DNA of 64,000 bases, taken from contig CAWIEK010000050.1 of assembly GCA_963835065.1 (NCBI GenBank), forward strand, positions 181,382-245,381, written 5' to 3'. Below, one piece after another: positions 52,823 through 63,691 of this stretch. The notes below the pieces were generated by a model. It worked only from the letters and a program-made list of their open reading frames with translations, was not told the origin of the DNA and did not search any database. Both the position numbers and the translations under genes were made by a program. Every line of letters begins with the position of its first letter. Within the stretch, counting starts at the first letter, position 1. The stretch comes from an uncultured Chthonomonadaceae bacterium (GTDB lineage: Bacteria > Armatimonadota > Chthonomonadetes > Chthonomonadales > Chthonomonadaceae).

Positions 52823-55408
52823 TCAGCCCGTCGCGCCAAAATCGTCCGTATCTGCCGCCACTGCCGCTATAATAGCCTCGGCTTGCCGTCGAATTTCGTC
52901 CGCTTCCGCCTGCCTTCCCATCAAATCGTACAAATTCGCAAGGGCGTTGAGGTCATCCGCGACAGCAGGATGGATTTCCCCGAAGACCTTGATGTCCTCG
53001 GCAATCGTCTTTCGGTAGTATTCTTCCGCCAGAGTATGCCGGTTCGTGTCTTTGTAGAGGTCGGCAATGTTGTAAAGCGTAATGGCAGTATAGGGATGTC
53101 CTTGCGGATACGCCTTCTGTTGGATTTTTAAGGCATGGAAGTAACATTCTTCCGCTTCCGCGCACTCCATTTTTCGGTACGTTTTTGCCAGTTCGTGCCA
53201 ACTGACAGCATGTTGGGGATGGTTCTTACCGGTATACGCTGCCCATTGCGCCAAAGCCTCTTTGTACCAACGCTCGGCCTCTGAATAGCGTTCCTGCCCG
53301 TAACAGGACAAGCCGAGGTTATGACTGAGGAGGGCTTTATGGTAATGGAAATGAGGGTTTGCGCCAACTTCGAGAACTGTCTCCGCTGTTGCCAGCAGTT
53401 GGCGGTAAATGCCTTCCGCCTGCGCATACAATCCCCGGCTGTTGTAAACCGCCGCCAGGTCGTTGCGGACGTGCGTGATTTCCCGGTCATTTCGGACAGG
53501 ATGTTGCAGCCGGATGTTTAGCGCCCGCTCCAGCAATGTCTGAGCCTCTTCCAGTTTGTCAAGTTTTTGGGGATCAACTCTCTGTTGAAAATGGCAGATG
53601 TTGCCCAAATAGTGCAGGCTGTGAGCGAGATCAAGGAGATACTCGGCGTTAAGAGGATGTTCGGCGGCAAACGTTTCCCGCATGTCGAGCGCGTAACGCG
53701 CATACGAGTAGGCAGGATTATACTGGCCCTGACACATCAAGAATTCGCCCAGGTTACACAGCAGCCGCCCCGCCGCCTGCGTCCTCAACCCCTCCTGCAT
53801 GACTATATCCCCGACCGCGCGGGCGTGGGATTGCAGGCGTTCGCACAGCCGCCAGTTTTCAACCTCCGGGATGGGGAACGCGCCGTCAACCGCCCGGACC
53901 GTCCGTTCCTGCCAGTCCCGTTTTGCATCCCCCAATCCATCCGCGATAACCAACTGCACCATGCGGTGAATACTGAACCGGGGCGGCGATGCCAGGTTCT
54001 TGACAACGAGGGAGTAGCGCACCAGGGGCAGCAGCAAGTCATGGTAAACGGCTTCCTGCTTCGCGCCGTACCCGCTGCGCTTTGCGCCGCCGTCCTGCCC
54101 CTGCCCAAGCAAGGCATCCAGGGGCGGGCAGTATGCTTTTGCGCCCGACAACACCAGTTCGCAGGGGATGTCGTCCGCGCCGAGGAACGCGCAAAAGTTG
54201 AGCAGGTCGCGCGCATACGCGCCGGCCCGGCCCGCGCCCTGCTCCTGTTGCAGCGCCTGAAAGTTGAGTTCCCACGTGGCGCGTATGGAGGCCAGATATG
54301 TGTCGTCACCGGGAACGCCGGACAGTTCCAGCAACGCAAGTTTTTGTTCCCGGTAAAGTTCCAGGTAGTGCGCAAAATCAGTTTGCCTGTAAGCGATATA
54401 CGCGGCGGCATGGGCCATTGCCAGCGGCAAGTAACCGAGTTCTCCGGCAAGTTCGGCGGCGGATTGGCGCTCCTCGTCGTTGGCGTCGTGTCGGTTGCAT
54501 CTATGCAGGAAAAATTGCAATGCCTCTTCTTTGGAAAGCGCTTGCAGCAGCAAGGGCTTATGGATGTGGAGGGGCGCTAAATCATGCGTCCGCGTCGTCA
54601 GCAGGATATGCCCCTGCGGATTGCGCGGGAGATACGCGCTCAGAAATTCCGGCGTGTCGGCATTGTCCATCACGAGCAGCCAATTGCCGCGCGTGTCGAG
54701 CCAGCGCAGGAACGCCGCGACTGCGAATTCCTGTTCCTGCTGCCGGTGCGCTATGGCTTCCTCTTCGGTTTGCAGGTTCGCTTTGTGCTGTTGGCGCGTG
54801 GTTTGCTTCATCAGGCCGAGCGAACGCGCAAATTCGGCGTACCGGCTCCGAACACTCTCTTCCGTTTCGGCATGCACCCAAAAGACAGGCTTGTACTCGT
54901 CCCAAAACTGCAAGGCGTATTTCAGCGCGAGTTGCGTTTTGCCCATGCCGCCCAAGCCGTAAATCGCCTGCTTGCCTGCCTCCTCCGCAAAGCCGCTGCG
55001 AAGCGTCTGCAATTCCTGCTCGCGCCCCTGAAAACATTGGAGTTCGTAGGGCAAGGGAAACTTCGACTCCTTTGTTGATGTCGTCTCCTTCAGAACATAC
55101 TCATAATGCTTGCGTTTTTCGGGGGCGAATTGCGGTTCGTCCGGCGCTTTGTCCTCATTGAAAATTTGGAACATGCCTTCCAAGTCCGTCAGGTTTGTTT
55201 GGTAGGAGTCTTTTTCGCGTCTCAGTTTGCGCAGCGTGTTTTCCACAACACCCATGCGAATGGCAATCTCTGCGTATACAACCTCCGCGTCATGCAACTC
55301 CGTGATTTTGGCTTCCAGCATTTGCCATCCCGCCAGCGTAAGGCGTACCGTTCCCTGCTGCATTTCCGCTGTTTCTGTCTGTTCAGCTTCGGAGGGTGGT
55401 AACAGCAT
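52823..55408 (-). CDS. STAND NTPase: N-terminal HTH-like domain, NB-ARC and TPR repeats
   Basis: FQGRE, GLGGMGKT (Walker A), LLVMDN (Walker B), LLTTR, GYLPLA, IHR.VQ; kinesin-light-chain-type TPRs. Confidence 0.9.
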   Translation of the reverse strand: MLLPPSEAEQTETAEMQQGTVRLTLAGWQMLEAKITELHDAEVVYAEIAIRMGVVENTLRKLRREKDSYQTNLTDLEGMFQIFNEDKAPDEPQFAPEKRKHYEYVLKETTSTKESKFPLPYELQCFQGREQELQTLRSGFAEEAGKQAIYGLGGMGKTQLALKYALQFWDEYKPVFWVHAETEESVRSRYAEFARSLGLMKQTTRQQHKANLQTEEEAIAHRQQEQEFAVAAFLRWLDTRGNWLLVMDNADTPEFLSAYLPRNPQGHILLTTRTHDLAPLHIHKPLLLQALSKEEALQFFLHRCNRHDANDEERQSAAELAGELGYLPLAMAHAAAYIAYRQTDFAHYLELYREQKLALLELSGVPGDDTYLASIRATWELNFQALQQEQGAGRAGAYARDLLNFCAFLGADDIPCELVLSGAKAYCPPLDALLGQGQDGGAKRSGYGAKQEAVYHDLLLPLVRYSLVVKNLASPPRFSIHRMVQLVIADGLGDAKRDWQERTVRAVDGAFPIPEVENWRLCERLQSHARAVGDIVMQEGLRTQAAGRLLCNLGEFLMCQGQYNPAYSYARYALDMRETFAAEHPLNAEYLLDLAHSLHYLGNICHFQQRVDPQKLDKLEEAQTLLERALNIRLQHPVRNDREITHVRNDLAAVYNSRGLYAQAEGIYRQLLATAETVLEVGANPHFHYHKALLSHNLGLSCYGQERYSEAERWYKEALAQWAAYTGKNHPQHAVSWHELAKTYRKMECAEAEECYFHALKIQQKAYPQGHPYTAITLYNIADLYKDTNRHTLAEEYYRKTIAEDIKVFGEIHPAVADDLNALANLYDLMGRQAEADEIRRQAEAIIAAVAADTDDFGATG

Positions 55409-55574
55409 TAAAAAATTCTCCTGCTTTTTCGCAAAGCGACCCGCAAGTTGCTATTATGCGCCTTGAAAGTAGTTTAGAATGTCTGCAAGCCGGTAATACC
55501 ACAGACATTGCCTAAATTCTGTAAACCCGGCGCGATTTCCTACGCCACTTCTATCATTTTAAGAAGGAGAACCC

Positions 55575-56634
55575 ATGAAGCACAACCCAAGCATCAACCG
55601 CAACTTCATTTTCCTATCACTGGCTCTGGCGCTGATGTCACAGCAACGCTCAGGACCCTGTCACACGCTAAAGCTGGGAAGCTCGTAGGCAGCCATGAAC
55701 TCGCAATTCCGATCCTGCGCTATGACGAGAATACCGGCGCAACCGCGGAAACTTTTGTTCCTTCTGCAAGTAGATTGACTTTCCCTCATGGCATTGTTTT
55801 CCTTCCTGATCGAAATCTTTACGTCACAGGGCATCAGAATTCAACACGGGAATGTGCAACGAATTTTCCACTACGATGGCAAGACCGGGGCGTTCCTCAA
55901 CATTCTCGTTCCTGCCGCGACGAATGGACTGTTTTTATGCAATGGTTTTTGTTCCGACGGTACTCTCTATACCGGAGCGTTACCGACAACGTTCGCGGAC
56001 GCTTTTCGCCGACGGGCGTTGATCTGGGCAACTTCGTAGCGACAGGATTGAGTGACGCTGATGGACTTGTCTTTGACCACAATGACACGCTCTATGTCAG
56101 GCAACTACGCCGGTAATACGGTGCATCGCTTCTCCTCGACCGGAGCAGACTTAGGCGTATTCGCTTCATCAGGGTTGTCCAATCCCGTGGGGATGGCCGT
56201 CGATGCGCATGGCAATCTGTATGTTGCCAACTTCACCGGTACGACTGTGCGAGAGTTTTCCCCAACCGGAATTGACATGGGCGTGTTTGCCTCCGGGCTA
56301 TCCACGCCACGGAGCGCTGGCTTTCGACACATCAGGCAACCTGTACGTAGTAAATCGGGCCAAGAACGCCATTCGCCGTTTTTCGCCGACGGGAGTGGAC
56401 ATGGGCGACTTCGCTACAACAGGCTTGAATGTTCCCGGAAATCTTGCGTTCGACACAAGCGGCAATCTGTACGTTGCCAACTTCGGAGGTACCACTGTGC
56501 GAGAGTTTTCCCCAACCGGAATTGACATGGTTTTCACGCCCCGTATAACCCCCGTTCCGGAACCCACATCCGTATTGCTTCTGGCAGGCGGATTGACTGG
56601 AGTAAGATTGTTCTTGCGCCGTCGTCGGCAGTAG
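55575..56634 (+). pseudogene. NHL/beta-propeller repeat PEP-CTERM protein with at least 5 frame disruptions
   Basis: FSPTG.D.G.FA..GL..P..LAFD..GNLYV repeats spread over three frames; C-terminal VPEP-TM-RRRR; AAGGAG RBS. Confidence 0.75.
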
Positions 56635-56754
56635 GTTGGTCAGTTGATGGTTTGTATTGTTGTAGCGGACAAGATCGCCAACCGCGCTTTGCGTTGCCGT
56701 ACCGAACGCGCCACAACCCGATAACGATTGTTCAGCAAGCCGATGGCGGAGCGT

Positions 56755-57260
56755 ATCCGCTGTCGGCTTGCTGCTATGGACACGCCGGACACCTTTCGCC
56801 AATGGTTGAAAACCCCCGTCTGAATGGCTTGTGGTATGCCGGGTATTGAAAATACCCGGCAGGAAAGTGCAAGCGTCTTACAGACGCAACCCATTGCACA
56901 AGCATTGTGCGTCCGTAGGGACATAACATGTTATGTCCTCCGGTAGAGGAGGGCGCGGACATAACATGTTATGTCCCTACGCGGAACGCCACCGAGACGG
57001 GTACTTTCAACGCTTGCTGTGAAATAGCGCCCGTGTGGTTGCCAGAGGTTGAAAACCCCTGTCTGGACAAAGCAAGCGTCTTGCAGACGCGCCCAGGCTT
57101 TCTGGAAGTTGCGTCTGCAAGACGCTTGCCTTTTCCTGCCGGGTGTTTTCAACACTCGGAGCGCTCTTGTCGGTTCCCGGCCTCCCATTTCACAGCAAGC
57201 GTTTTCAGTACCCGGAGAAAGGTGTCCGGCAGCAACGTGTCCGATAAGCCAACAGCCGCA
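56755..57260. mobile_element. Nested palindromic REP/MITE-like composite
   Basis: Three levels of inverted arms around a GTAG REP doublet at 56915-56980; no transposase. Confidence 0.6.
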
Positions 57261-57483
57261 AGTTTGTGGGAACGAAACCGCTGGTAAGCGCGTTGTGTGC
57301 GCTCTTCCTGTTCCGGCGTATTCCTGTTCATGCCGTTTCCTCTCAGCAATGTATTTGTTGGCCGTCATTATAACATGGCGCGAACGAACGCACAAGCGGC
57401 GCGGTGCGAACAAAGACGCAGGCGTAAAGGGGAGCTGAGGTATAATCTGGCTGTAACAAGCAACCCGGTGCGGAGTTAAACTG

Positions 57484-57697
57484 ATGGCAGTCACAGAATT
57501 GGAAGAACGGCTGATACGCCTTGAAGCGGGAACGCGCCAACGTTGCGCCTGTTCAGAAACCCTGGTGGGAGGAAATACGCGGAACGTTTAAGGATGATCC
57601 GGCTTATGTCGAGGCTATGCGGCTGGGGGGCGAATGGCGGCAGTCGCAACGTATAGATTATTATGACGACGCAGCAGCAACGGAGGAGAACAAATGA
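57484..57697 (+). pseudogene. Frameshifted paralog of the antitoxin genes
   Basis: MAVTELEERLIRLEA, then in another frame KPWWEEIRGTFKDDP...EAMRLGGEWRQSQR; ATGA overlap with the next gene. Confidence 0.7.
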
Positions 57698-57921
57698 CAC
57701 TGGAAACACTGGAAAATCGCCTGAACGCTATGGAAGCCGAACTTGCGCAATTGAAACAACAGATGCAAACGATCAAGCCGCAGGAAACGGAACCGCGCTG
57801 GAAGCAGATTATTGGCGTATTCAAGGACGACCCGCTTTTCGATGAAGCGGAACGACTGGGGCGTGAGTGGCGCGAATCGCAGCGTATGGAGTATGACGAC
57901 GATGCCGATACACCTGCTTGA
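57694..57921 (+). CDS. Putative antitoxin
   Basis: LENRL..MEAE coiled coil, W..I.G.FKDDP.F.EA.RLGREWR; overlaps the PIN gene. Confidence 0.75.
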   Translation: MTLETLENRLNAMEAELAQLKQQMQTIKPQETEPRWKQIIGVFKDDPLFDEAERLGREWRESQRMEYDDDADTPA

Positions 57922-58330
57922 TACCAATCACATGTCTATCCTTGAACGGGAAAGTCACGAGTTCCAGCGTTTGGAAGCGCGTATGTCGGCGATTCCCCAA
58001 GATGATATTGGCACAACTATCGTCAGTTACGAGGAGCAGACACGAGGTTGGTTGGCCTTCTCAGCGTAGGCGCGAACACAGGAAATGCAAATAGCGGCCT
58101 ATCAGTGCCTCAAGCGACATCTGGATATTTACTGCCGTATTGCTGTGGTTCAGTACGACGAGAAAGCGGCTGCCGAGTTCGAGCGTCTCAAGCAGGCGAA
58201 AATACGCATCGGCACGATGGACTTGAAGATTGCGGCAATTGCGCTTGCCAACGATGCCGTTCTGCTGACGCGCAATCTGTCCGACTTCGGCAAAGTGCCC
58301 GGCCTGAACGCGGAAGATTGGTCGGTTTGA
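57902..58330 (+). pseudogene. VapC/PIN toxin with in-frame TAG at 58067-58069
   Basis: LLDTN, SYEEQ..GW, DLKIAAIAL, TRN..DF all in one frame; intact paralog at 63269. Confidence 0.8.
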
Positions 58331-58488
58331 CACAAGGCAGCGGCGGGTTGTCATTGCTGTCGCGCTTCAAGGGGGAAGCGCAGGCAGGGTACGCACACTT
58401 TCCGCTTCCGCCTGCGTAGTACCTTTCGGAGAAACATATTCACACCGACGACACAGAATTCGCTTGTCGTTAAAGGAGTTTTGCTGAA

Positions 58489-60346
58489 ATGGCACATACG
58501 CCCCAGGAATGGAAAGACCTTGCCGCGCAATTGCGGTCCGATAGCATCCGCGCCACCACGACCGCCGGTTCCGGGCATCCCACATCAAGCATGTCGGCAG
58601 CCGATTTGATGGCCGTGCTGATGTCCGAGTACCTGCACTACGATTTTACCGACCCGCACAACCCCCGCAATGACCGCCTGATTTTCTCCAAAGGGCCACG
58701 CCGCGCCCCTGCTGTATTCCATGTACAAGGCGGCGGGCGCGATTACCGATGAACAACTGCTCACCCTGCGCAAATTCGGCAGCCCGATTGAAGGGCATCC
58801 CGTTCCCGAACCCAACGGCCTGCCCTACGTGGATGTGGCAACGGGTTCGCTTGGGCAGGGATTGCCGGCGGGAGTTGGCATGGCGTGGGCGGCGAAAAAC
58901 CTGCTCAACGTGCCCCTCAAAGTATGGGTCGTGCTGGGCGACAGCGAAATGGCCGAAGGCAGCAACTACGAGGCGCTGGAACTGGGCGGCTTTTACAACC
59001 TGAACAATATCGTCGCCATTCTGGACGATAATCGTTTGGGACAGCGCGGGCCGACCATGCTGCAATGGCACACGGAAATGTACAAGCAGCGGGCGGAAGC
59101 GTTCGGCTGGCATGCCATTGTCGTTGACGGGCATGACGTGGAAGCCATTGCCAACGCTTTTGAAGAAGCCGAAGAGTCATTCAAGCCCGTGTTCATCGTC
59201 GCCAAAACCAAAAAGGGGCAGGGCGTGTCGTTTACGCAGGATGTGGAAGGCTATCACGGCAAAGCCATTCCGCAGGCGGATGAAGCGAAAGCGCTTGCCG
59301 AATTGGGCAATCCGAAAGGCGATATTCGCATCCAGGTAAAGAAGTACCGCGACGGCAACCCGACCAAACTGCCCGAACCCGCGCCGTTTCAGCCGCCGCA
59401 GTACGAAAAGGGCGCGAAAGTGGCGACACGGGAAGCGTATGGCGATGCGCTTGTCGCTTTGGGCGCGGCCAAGCCCGATGTCACGGTCATGGACGGCGAA
59501 GTGAGCAATTCTACATTCGCCGACAAGTTCAAAAAGGTGTACCCGGATCGGTTTCTGGAGGTGTACATTGCCGAGCAGCAACTGGTGAGCGCGGCGGTCG
59601 GGATGCAGGTCTTGGGCAAAATTCCGTTCGCGTCCACGTTCGCCGCGTTCTTTGCCCGCGCCTACGATCAGGTCCGCATGGCGGCGATTTCCCGCGCCAA
59701 CATCAATCTGGTCGGCTCCCATGCGGGCGTGTCCATCGGCGAGGACGGCCCTTCGCAAATGGCCTTAGAAGACTTGGCGATTATGCGGGCCATCCATGAC
59801 AGCATCGTGGTTTATCCGTCCTGCGCCACGACAACGGTACACTTAATCGCGCAAATGGCGACCCGCAAGGGCATCAACTACATGCGGACAACCCGCGAAA
59901 AACTGCCCGTGCTGTACGGCCCGGAAGAGAGTTTCCCGATTGGCGGCAGCAAAACCCTGAAATCCTCCGACAAGGACGTGGCGGCGGTGATTGCGGCGGG
60001 CATCACGCTGCACGAAGCCTTGAAAGCCTACGACCTGCTGCAAGCCGAGGGCGTCAATATCCGCGTGATTGACCTGTACTCCGTAAAGCCGATTGACAAA
60101 GCGGCCATCCAGAAAGCGGCGCAGGAGTGCGGCGGGCAACTCTTCGTCGTGGAAGACCACTGGCCGGAAGGCGGGTTGGGCGACGCGGTTCTGGAAGTGT
60201 TCGACGGCCAATCCGGTCAGCACCCGAACGTGACCCGCATCGCCGTGCGCGACATGCCCGGCAGCGGCAAACCGGAAGAGCTGATTGAAGCGGCGGGCAT
60301 CAGCGCCAAGCACATCGTCGCCGCCATCCAAGCCCTCAAGAAGTAG
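58489..60346 (+). CDS. tkt: Transketolase (apparent frameshift ~58694)
   Basis: GSGHPTS, SKGH, TGSLGQG, GDSE..EG, GEDGPSQ motifs. Confidence 0.95.
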
Positions 60347-60456
60347 CCGCAAATACACGCGAATTCACGCAAATAATAGCGACACAGAGCAAAGCCGTCG
60401 TGGAAGCATTGAAATGCGTTTACGACGGCTGGCATTTGTAGTTCGGAGAAGCGACC

Positions 60457-60897
60457 ATGGCATTGACACTGAATCTCGCGCCAGAGGCGGCAGCGCGGCT
60501 GCGGCGACGCGCCGAACAAACGGGACTTTCGGCGGAACAAGCCGCCCGCGAAGTGCTGCAAGCCGCGCAGCAGCCGCCCGATTCGCTCTGGAACGTGCTG
60601 GGGTTGATACTGCTGCTGGCTCTGCTGGTGAAAGAGCCATCCCCTGAAGTGGAGCAGGCTATCCGCGACACTTTTCAGCCTTACGTAGACCATTTGCTGG
60701 CGAACGGCACGGAGGAGCAGCTTGCCGCCCTGTTACCTGCTATGCCGACCGCGCTCAACACATCTATCTTTTCCGAAGCGCCGACAACGGAGGCATGGCT
60801 TGCAGACTTTGATGCGTGGGTGGAAAGCCATCGCGGGCTGCCGCCCCTGCCGCGCGAAGCCCTCAACCGGGAATACTATTATGAGGATCACGACTGA
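60457..60897 (+). CDS. Putative antitoxin-like protein
   Basis: LTLNLAPE...L...A RHH-like start and C-terminal ALNREYYYED; TGATG coupling to the PIN gene. Confidence 0.65.
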   Translation: MALTLNLAPEAAARLRRRAEQTGLSAEQAAREVLQAAQQPPDSLWNVLGLILLLALLVKEPSPEVEQAIRDTFQPYVDHLLANGTEEQLAALLPAMPTALNTSIFSEAPTTEAWLADFDAWVESHRGLPPLPREALNREYYYEDHD

Positions 60898-61352
60898 TGC
60901 TTTGGGCCGCAGACACCAACATTCTCGTGCCGCTCGTGCAGATAGGCAATCCCGCCTTACCGGAAGCGGCGGAGTGCAGACAAGCCATCAAAAATCTACG
61001 GATGAGCGGACAGCGTATATCCATCTTTCAGCAAAATGCCATTGAATTTTGGAACGTAGCCACGCGCCCTGCAACGGGTAATCGTCCCGGCTTAGGGCTG
61101 TCTACGACACAGGCGGAAAGAGATTTGCGGTATCTGGAAGCGCAGTTCGGCGTGTGGTACGATGTGCCGGTTATCTACGACGAGTGGCGGCGTCTGGTAG
61201 TCACCTATGGCATATCCGGTGTGCAGGTGCATGACGCCCGCCTTGCCGCCGCCGCGCACATGCACGGTATCACACACCTGCTAACATACAATGTAGCGGA
61301 TTTTGCCCGCTACTCCGCCTTCCTCACCGCCGTTCACCCGAATGCTGTTTGA
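60897..61352 (+). CDS. PIN domain (VapC-like) toxin
   Basis: DTNIL, EFWNVATRP, HDARL, LLTYN..DF. Confidence 0.88.
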   Translation: MLWAADTNILVPLVQIGNPALPEAAECRQAIKNLRMSGQRISIFQQNAIEFWNVATRPATGNRPGLGLSTTQAERDLRYLEAQFGVWYDVPVIYDEWRRLVVTYGISGVQVHDARLAAAAHMHGITHLLTYNVADFARYSAFLTAVHPNAV

Positions 61353-61476
61353 AACAACCGATTAAACTTTGAGCAAAAGAAGGAATCAGACGAACAAGAG
61401 CGAACGATAGGATGACTGCTTTTCGAACCGCGTTCTTGCTGTTGTAGGGAAAGCGCTTCATGAAAGAGGATGCATT

Positions 61477-62692
61477 ATGACGCCAAACCGTTGCTTGCTT
61501 CTATCAATAATCGTTATGTTGCTCATTGCAATGCCACGCCAAAGCATGGCCTACAATGAGGATGTTCACTTCAACTTAACTTACGTACTATGTCGGATGG
61601 CGGGCATATCACGTTGGAAGGCTACAGCCATTGCTGATGCCGACTGGAGTATGGACTTAAATGACACAACTACAGCCTTCAAAAGCGATCCAGACATGTC
61701 CTTTATAGACGCAACAAAATACACTTGGAACAATATTAAGTGGCAAAGAAACGGCATCCAGTGGCATTCGTTCTATTACGATATAATCTTGCATCAGCCA
61801 ATCAAAGATGATGCTAAGAAACGGACTACTGTGACGAAGAGGCTAGCAGACTTAAAGGATCGAGCTTTTAATCTCAAAGGCCGAGAAGACGACAATAAAG
61901 TATTAAGGCCAGAGTTTGGAAGGATGGAAGGTGTAACGCTCAGGCAGTTGCGTCAACTCGTTTATTTTGGTCAGTACCTTCATTTCAGGCAGGATTATTT
62001 CTCTCATCGGGAAATGAACAAGCAAGAACTAACCTCAGACCGCTGGATACCATACGGGGGAACGCTTGGTCATGCACTTCAAAGTAGTGTGCCGGACTGT
62101 GTTCCTGCTCGTCTGGAATTGGCAAAGCACATGGCACAGGAATCCTACAAAGATATACGTGATTTTGCAGCCAACGTACTCCAACTGAAAGTTACCACCA
62201 ACAAATCCGATGAGAAGGATGAAAAAATCAATGCTGTTATCGCCAAACTTGTTGAATGCTATGGCAAGTGTTTATACCGTGATAAAGCCCGAACCGCCGC
62301 CAAAGCCACCAGCCGGGTATCCGCAACTTGATGGCAGACTACCCGATTTTTACGAGTTCCCCAGTGAAAATGTTGTAACAAATGCGCTGGGGAACGCATT
62401 AGCTAATGAGAACATGTTCATTGCCGTCTCAGCTAAGGATCAAACTTCCTCACATAGACCCGGTTCCTCACACTATCTTGATGAGGGTGATTGTCACCCC
62501 GATGGAGCAATTCATACTTTTAAGCAGACTGGCACAAAGTTTGAGACGACACTTGTGCAAGTAGATTATACCGATAACGGCGAAATAGATATGAAATTAT
62601 CAGAAGCATTTACGCCCAACGGTAAAAAATACATGGCAGCCTCATCACCATTTATTCTGTGGGTACAAAGTAACCTTCAGGGTGGGTTGTGA
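61477..62692 (+). CDS. Secreted low-GC hypothetical protein with zinc phospholipase C-like motifs (apparent frameshift ~62257)
   Basis: Signal peptide; mature N-terminus Y..D.H, then D, WH and H..QD.FSH; continues in ORF 62210-62692. Confidence 0.55.
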
Positions 62693-62848
62693 CAATAATT
62701 GAGGTTTAGTGTGGATGTTCACAGATTTCAGTATCTTTGCACTTTTTGAAAAATGAGATAGGAAAGTGGCATTGCCTGTCCGCTTGCTTGTATCTCAAAA
62801 AGTGAAAAAGTGCAAAGATACTGAGATTTGTAGTTCGGAGAAACGCTT

Positions 62849-63003
62849 ATGGAATAGACACTCCATCTCTCGCCGACGATGTTGTCCGCTTGCTTGGCAG
62901 GTAGAATAAACCGGACCTTAGCGGAAGATGTTGCCCGCGAAATACTGTAGTCCACGCAACAAACGTTGGACTCTCTTTGAAACGTGTTGGAACTGATGCT
63001 GTG
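62849..63003 (+). pseudogene. Degraded copy of the 60457 gene
   Basis: Shared upstream atttgtagttcggagaa; translation ME*TLHLSP...AEDVAREIL*STQQTLDSL*NVLELML aligns to the 60457 product. Confidence 0.75.
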
Positions 63004-63037
63004 GTAAAATAGGCGTAGATGAGAAAGGAGGAAAGCC

Positions 63038-63282
63038 TTGACAACATTTGAGATGGAAGAACGGCTGGCGCGGTTGGAAGCGGAAGTGGAAGCGTTGAAG
63101 CGGGAACGCGCGGATGCTGCGCCAGTCCAGCAGCCCTGGTGGGAGCAAATCTCCGGCGTGTTCAAGGACAGCCCGGAATTTGAAGAGGCTGTACGCTTGG
63201 GCCGGGAATGGCGGAGTTGCAGCGCATGGAATATGATGAAGACGAGGCTGCAACGCCGGAGGAAGCGCATGGTTCTGCTTGA
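63038..63282 (+). CDS. Putative antitoxin (1-nt deletion ~63213 joins it to the toxin in the ORF track)
   Basis: Paralog of 57694; AAGGAGG RBS; the original frame reads QRMEYDEDEAATPEEAHGSA*. Confidence 0.7.
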
Positions 63283-63691
63283 CACGGAGCCGATGACGGT
63301 TCTGGAGCGCGAAGGGCCGGACACGAAAATTTTGAAAGCGCGTTTGGCGAAAATTCCTCTGGACGATTTGGGTACGACCATCATCAGCTATGAGGAGCAG
63401 ACACGCGGTTGGCTGGCCTATATCGCGCGCATGCAAACCGAAGCCGCGCGTATCCGCGCTTACACTTTTCTCAACCGTCACCTTGACATCTACTGCCGCG
63501 TCACCGTTGTGCAATACGATGAGAAAGCGGCTGCCCACTTCGAGCGTCTGAAGCAGACCAAAGTTCGTATCGGCACAATGGACTTGAAGATTGCCGCGAT
63601 AGCCCTTGCCAACAACGCTACGCTACTGACGCGCGATCTGTCCGACTTCGGCAAAGTGCCGGGACTGAACGTGGAAGATTGGTCGGTTTGA
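63269..63691 (+). CDS. VapC/PIN toxin
   Basis: VLLDT, SYEEQTRGW, DLKIAAIAL; own GGAGG RBS. Confidence 0.85.
   Translation: MVLLDTEPMTVLEREGPDTKILKARLAKIPLDDLGTTIISYEEQTRGWLAYIARMQTEAARIRAYTFLNRHLDIYCRVTVVQYDEKAAAHFERLKQTKVRIGTMDLKIAAIALANNATLLTRDLSDFGKVPGLNVEDWSV

Noticed and set aside
58067..58069. TAG read-through (pyrrolysine or recoding) in the PIN gene
   Set aside because: TAG is an ordinary stop for many genes here (fliC, metK, tkt); a nonsense mutation or error is simpler.
63038..63691. Natural antitoxin-toxin fusion protein (217 aa)
   Set aside because: Comparison with the 57694 paralog shows a 1-nt deletion near 63213; the toxin keeps its own RBS and ATG.
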